Shown here: positions 7,173 through 7,315 of the stretch, in pieces
Position numbering within the stretch: position 1 is the stretch's first letter
Layout of the letters: each line of letters starts with the position of its first letter
NCBI GenBank assembly: GCA_043228905.1
Contig: JBHGNT010001490.1
Coordinates: 1 to 7,315, forward strand
DNA: 7,315 nt
DNA from: Azolla caroliniana
Lineage: Eukaryota > Plantae > Polypodiophyta
Reading direction: 5' to 3'
The notes under the pieces: generated by a model
Told to the model about the DNA's origin: nothing
Databases searched by the model: none
What the model saw: only the letters and a program-made list of their open reading frames with translations
Made by a program: the position numbers and the translations under genes

Positions 7173-7258
7173 CTTCTTCTTCTTCTTCTTCTTCTTCTTC
7201 TTCTTCTTCTTCTTCTTCTTCTTCTTCTTCTTCTTCTTCTCTTCTTCTTCTTCTTCTT
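7173..7258 (-). repeat. (GAA)22+6 microsatellite abutting the copy 3 ATG
   Basis: (ctt)22 at 7173-7238, a 2-bp ct interruption, then (ctt)6 at 7241-7258. Confidence 0.97.
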
Positions 7259-7315
7259 GACACAAATTCTGGTACTTTCTTGACACAATATACTAGGGGA
7301 TGGAAGACTCCTAAT

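Noticed and set aside
7026-7286. 86-aa poly-Glu/poly-Lys ORF
   Set aside because: It starts at GTG and the homopolymer is the translated GAA microsatellite. Only the part after ATG 7172 is homologous to DUF247.

Overview
AT-rich land-plant nuclear DNA carrying a head-to-tail array of three intronless DUF247 (PF03140 / UPF0481-like) genes on the minus strand. As assembled, none encodes a full-length protein. Copy 1 (118-1885) has a GAG>TAG nonsense codon at 407-409 and a 13-bp frameshifting duplication at 239-264, and both cut off the C-terminal membrane helix. It also carries a private 17-aa repeat expansion. Copy 2 (4224-5706) is intact except for one extra base in a T4 run at 5090-5093. Copy 3 (about 6620-7172) is an older, heavily decayed 5' fragment. 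Copies 1 and 2 come from a tandem duplication with an offset of about 4.13 kb that includes their flanks, and a 1138-bp block is present only upstream of copy 1. Each start codon is directly preceded by a (GAA)n tract (6, 16 and 22+6 units), with a conserved TATA-like motif just upstream. Copies 1 and 2 also share an MGxxxS N-myristoylation-type N-terminus and a duplicated 41-bp GTAC-rich promoter element. The species and the function of the array cannot be determined from this window.
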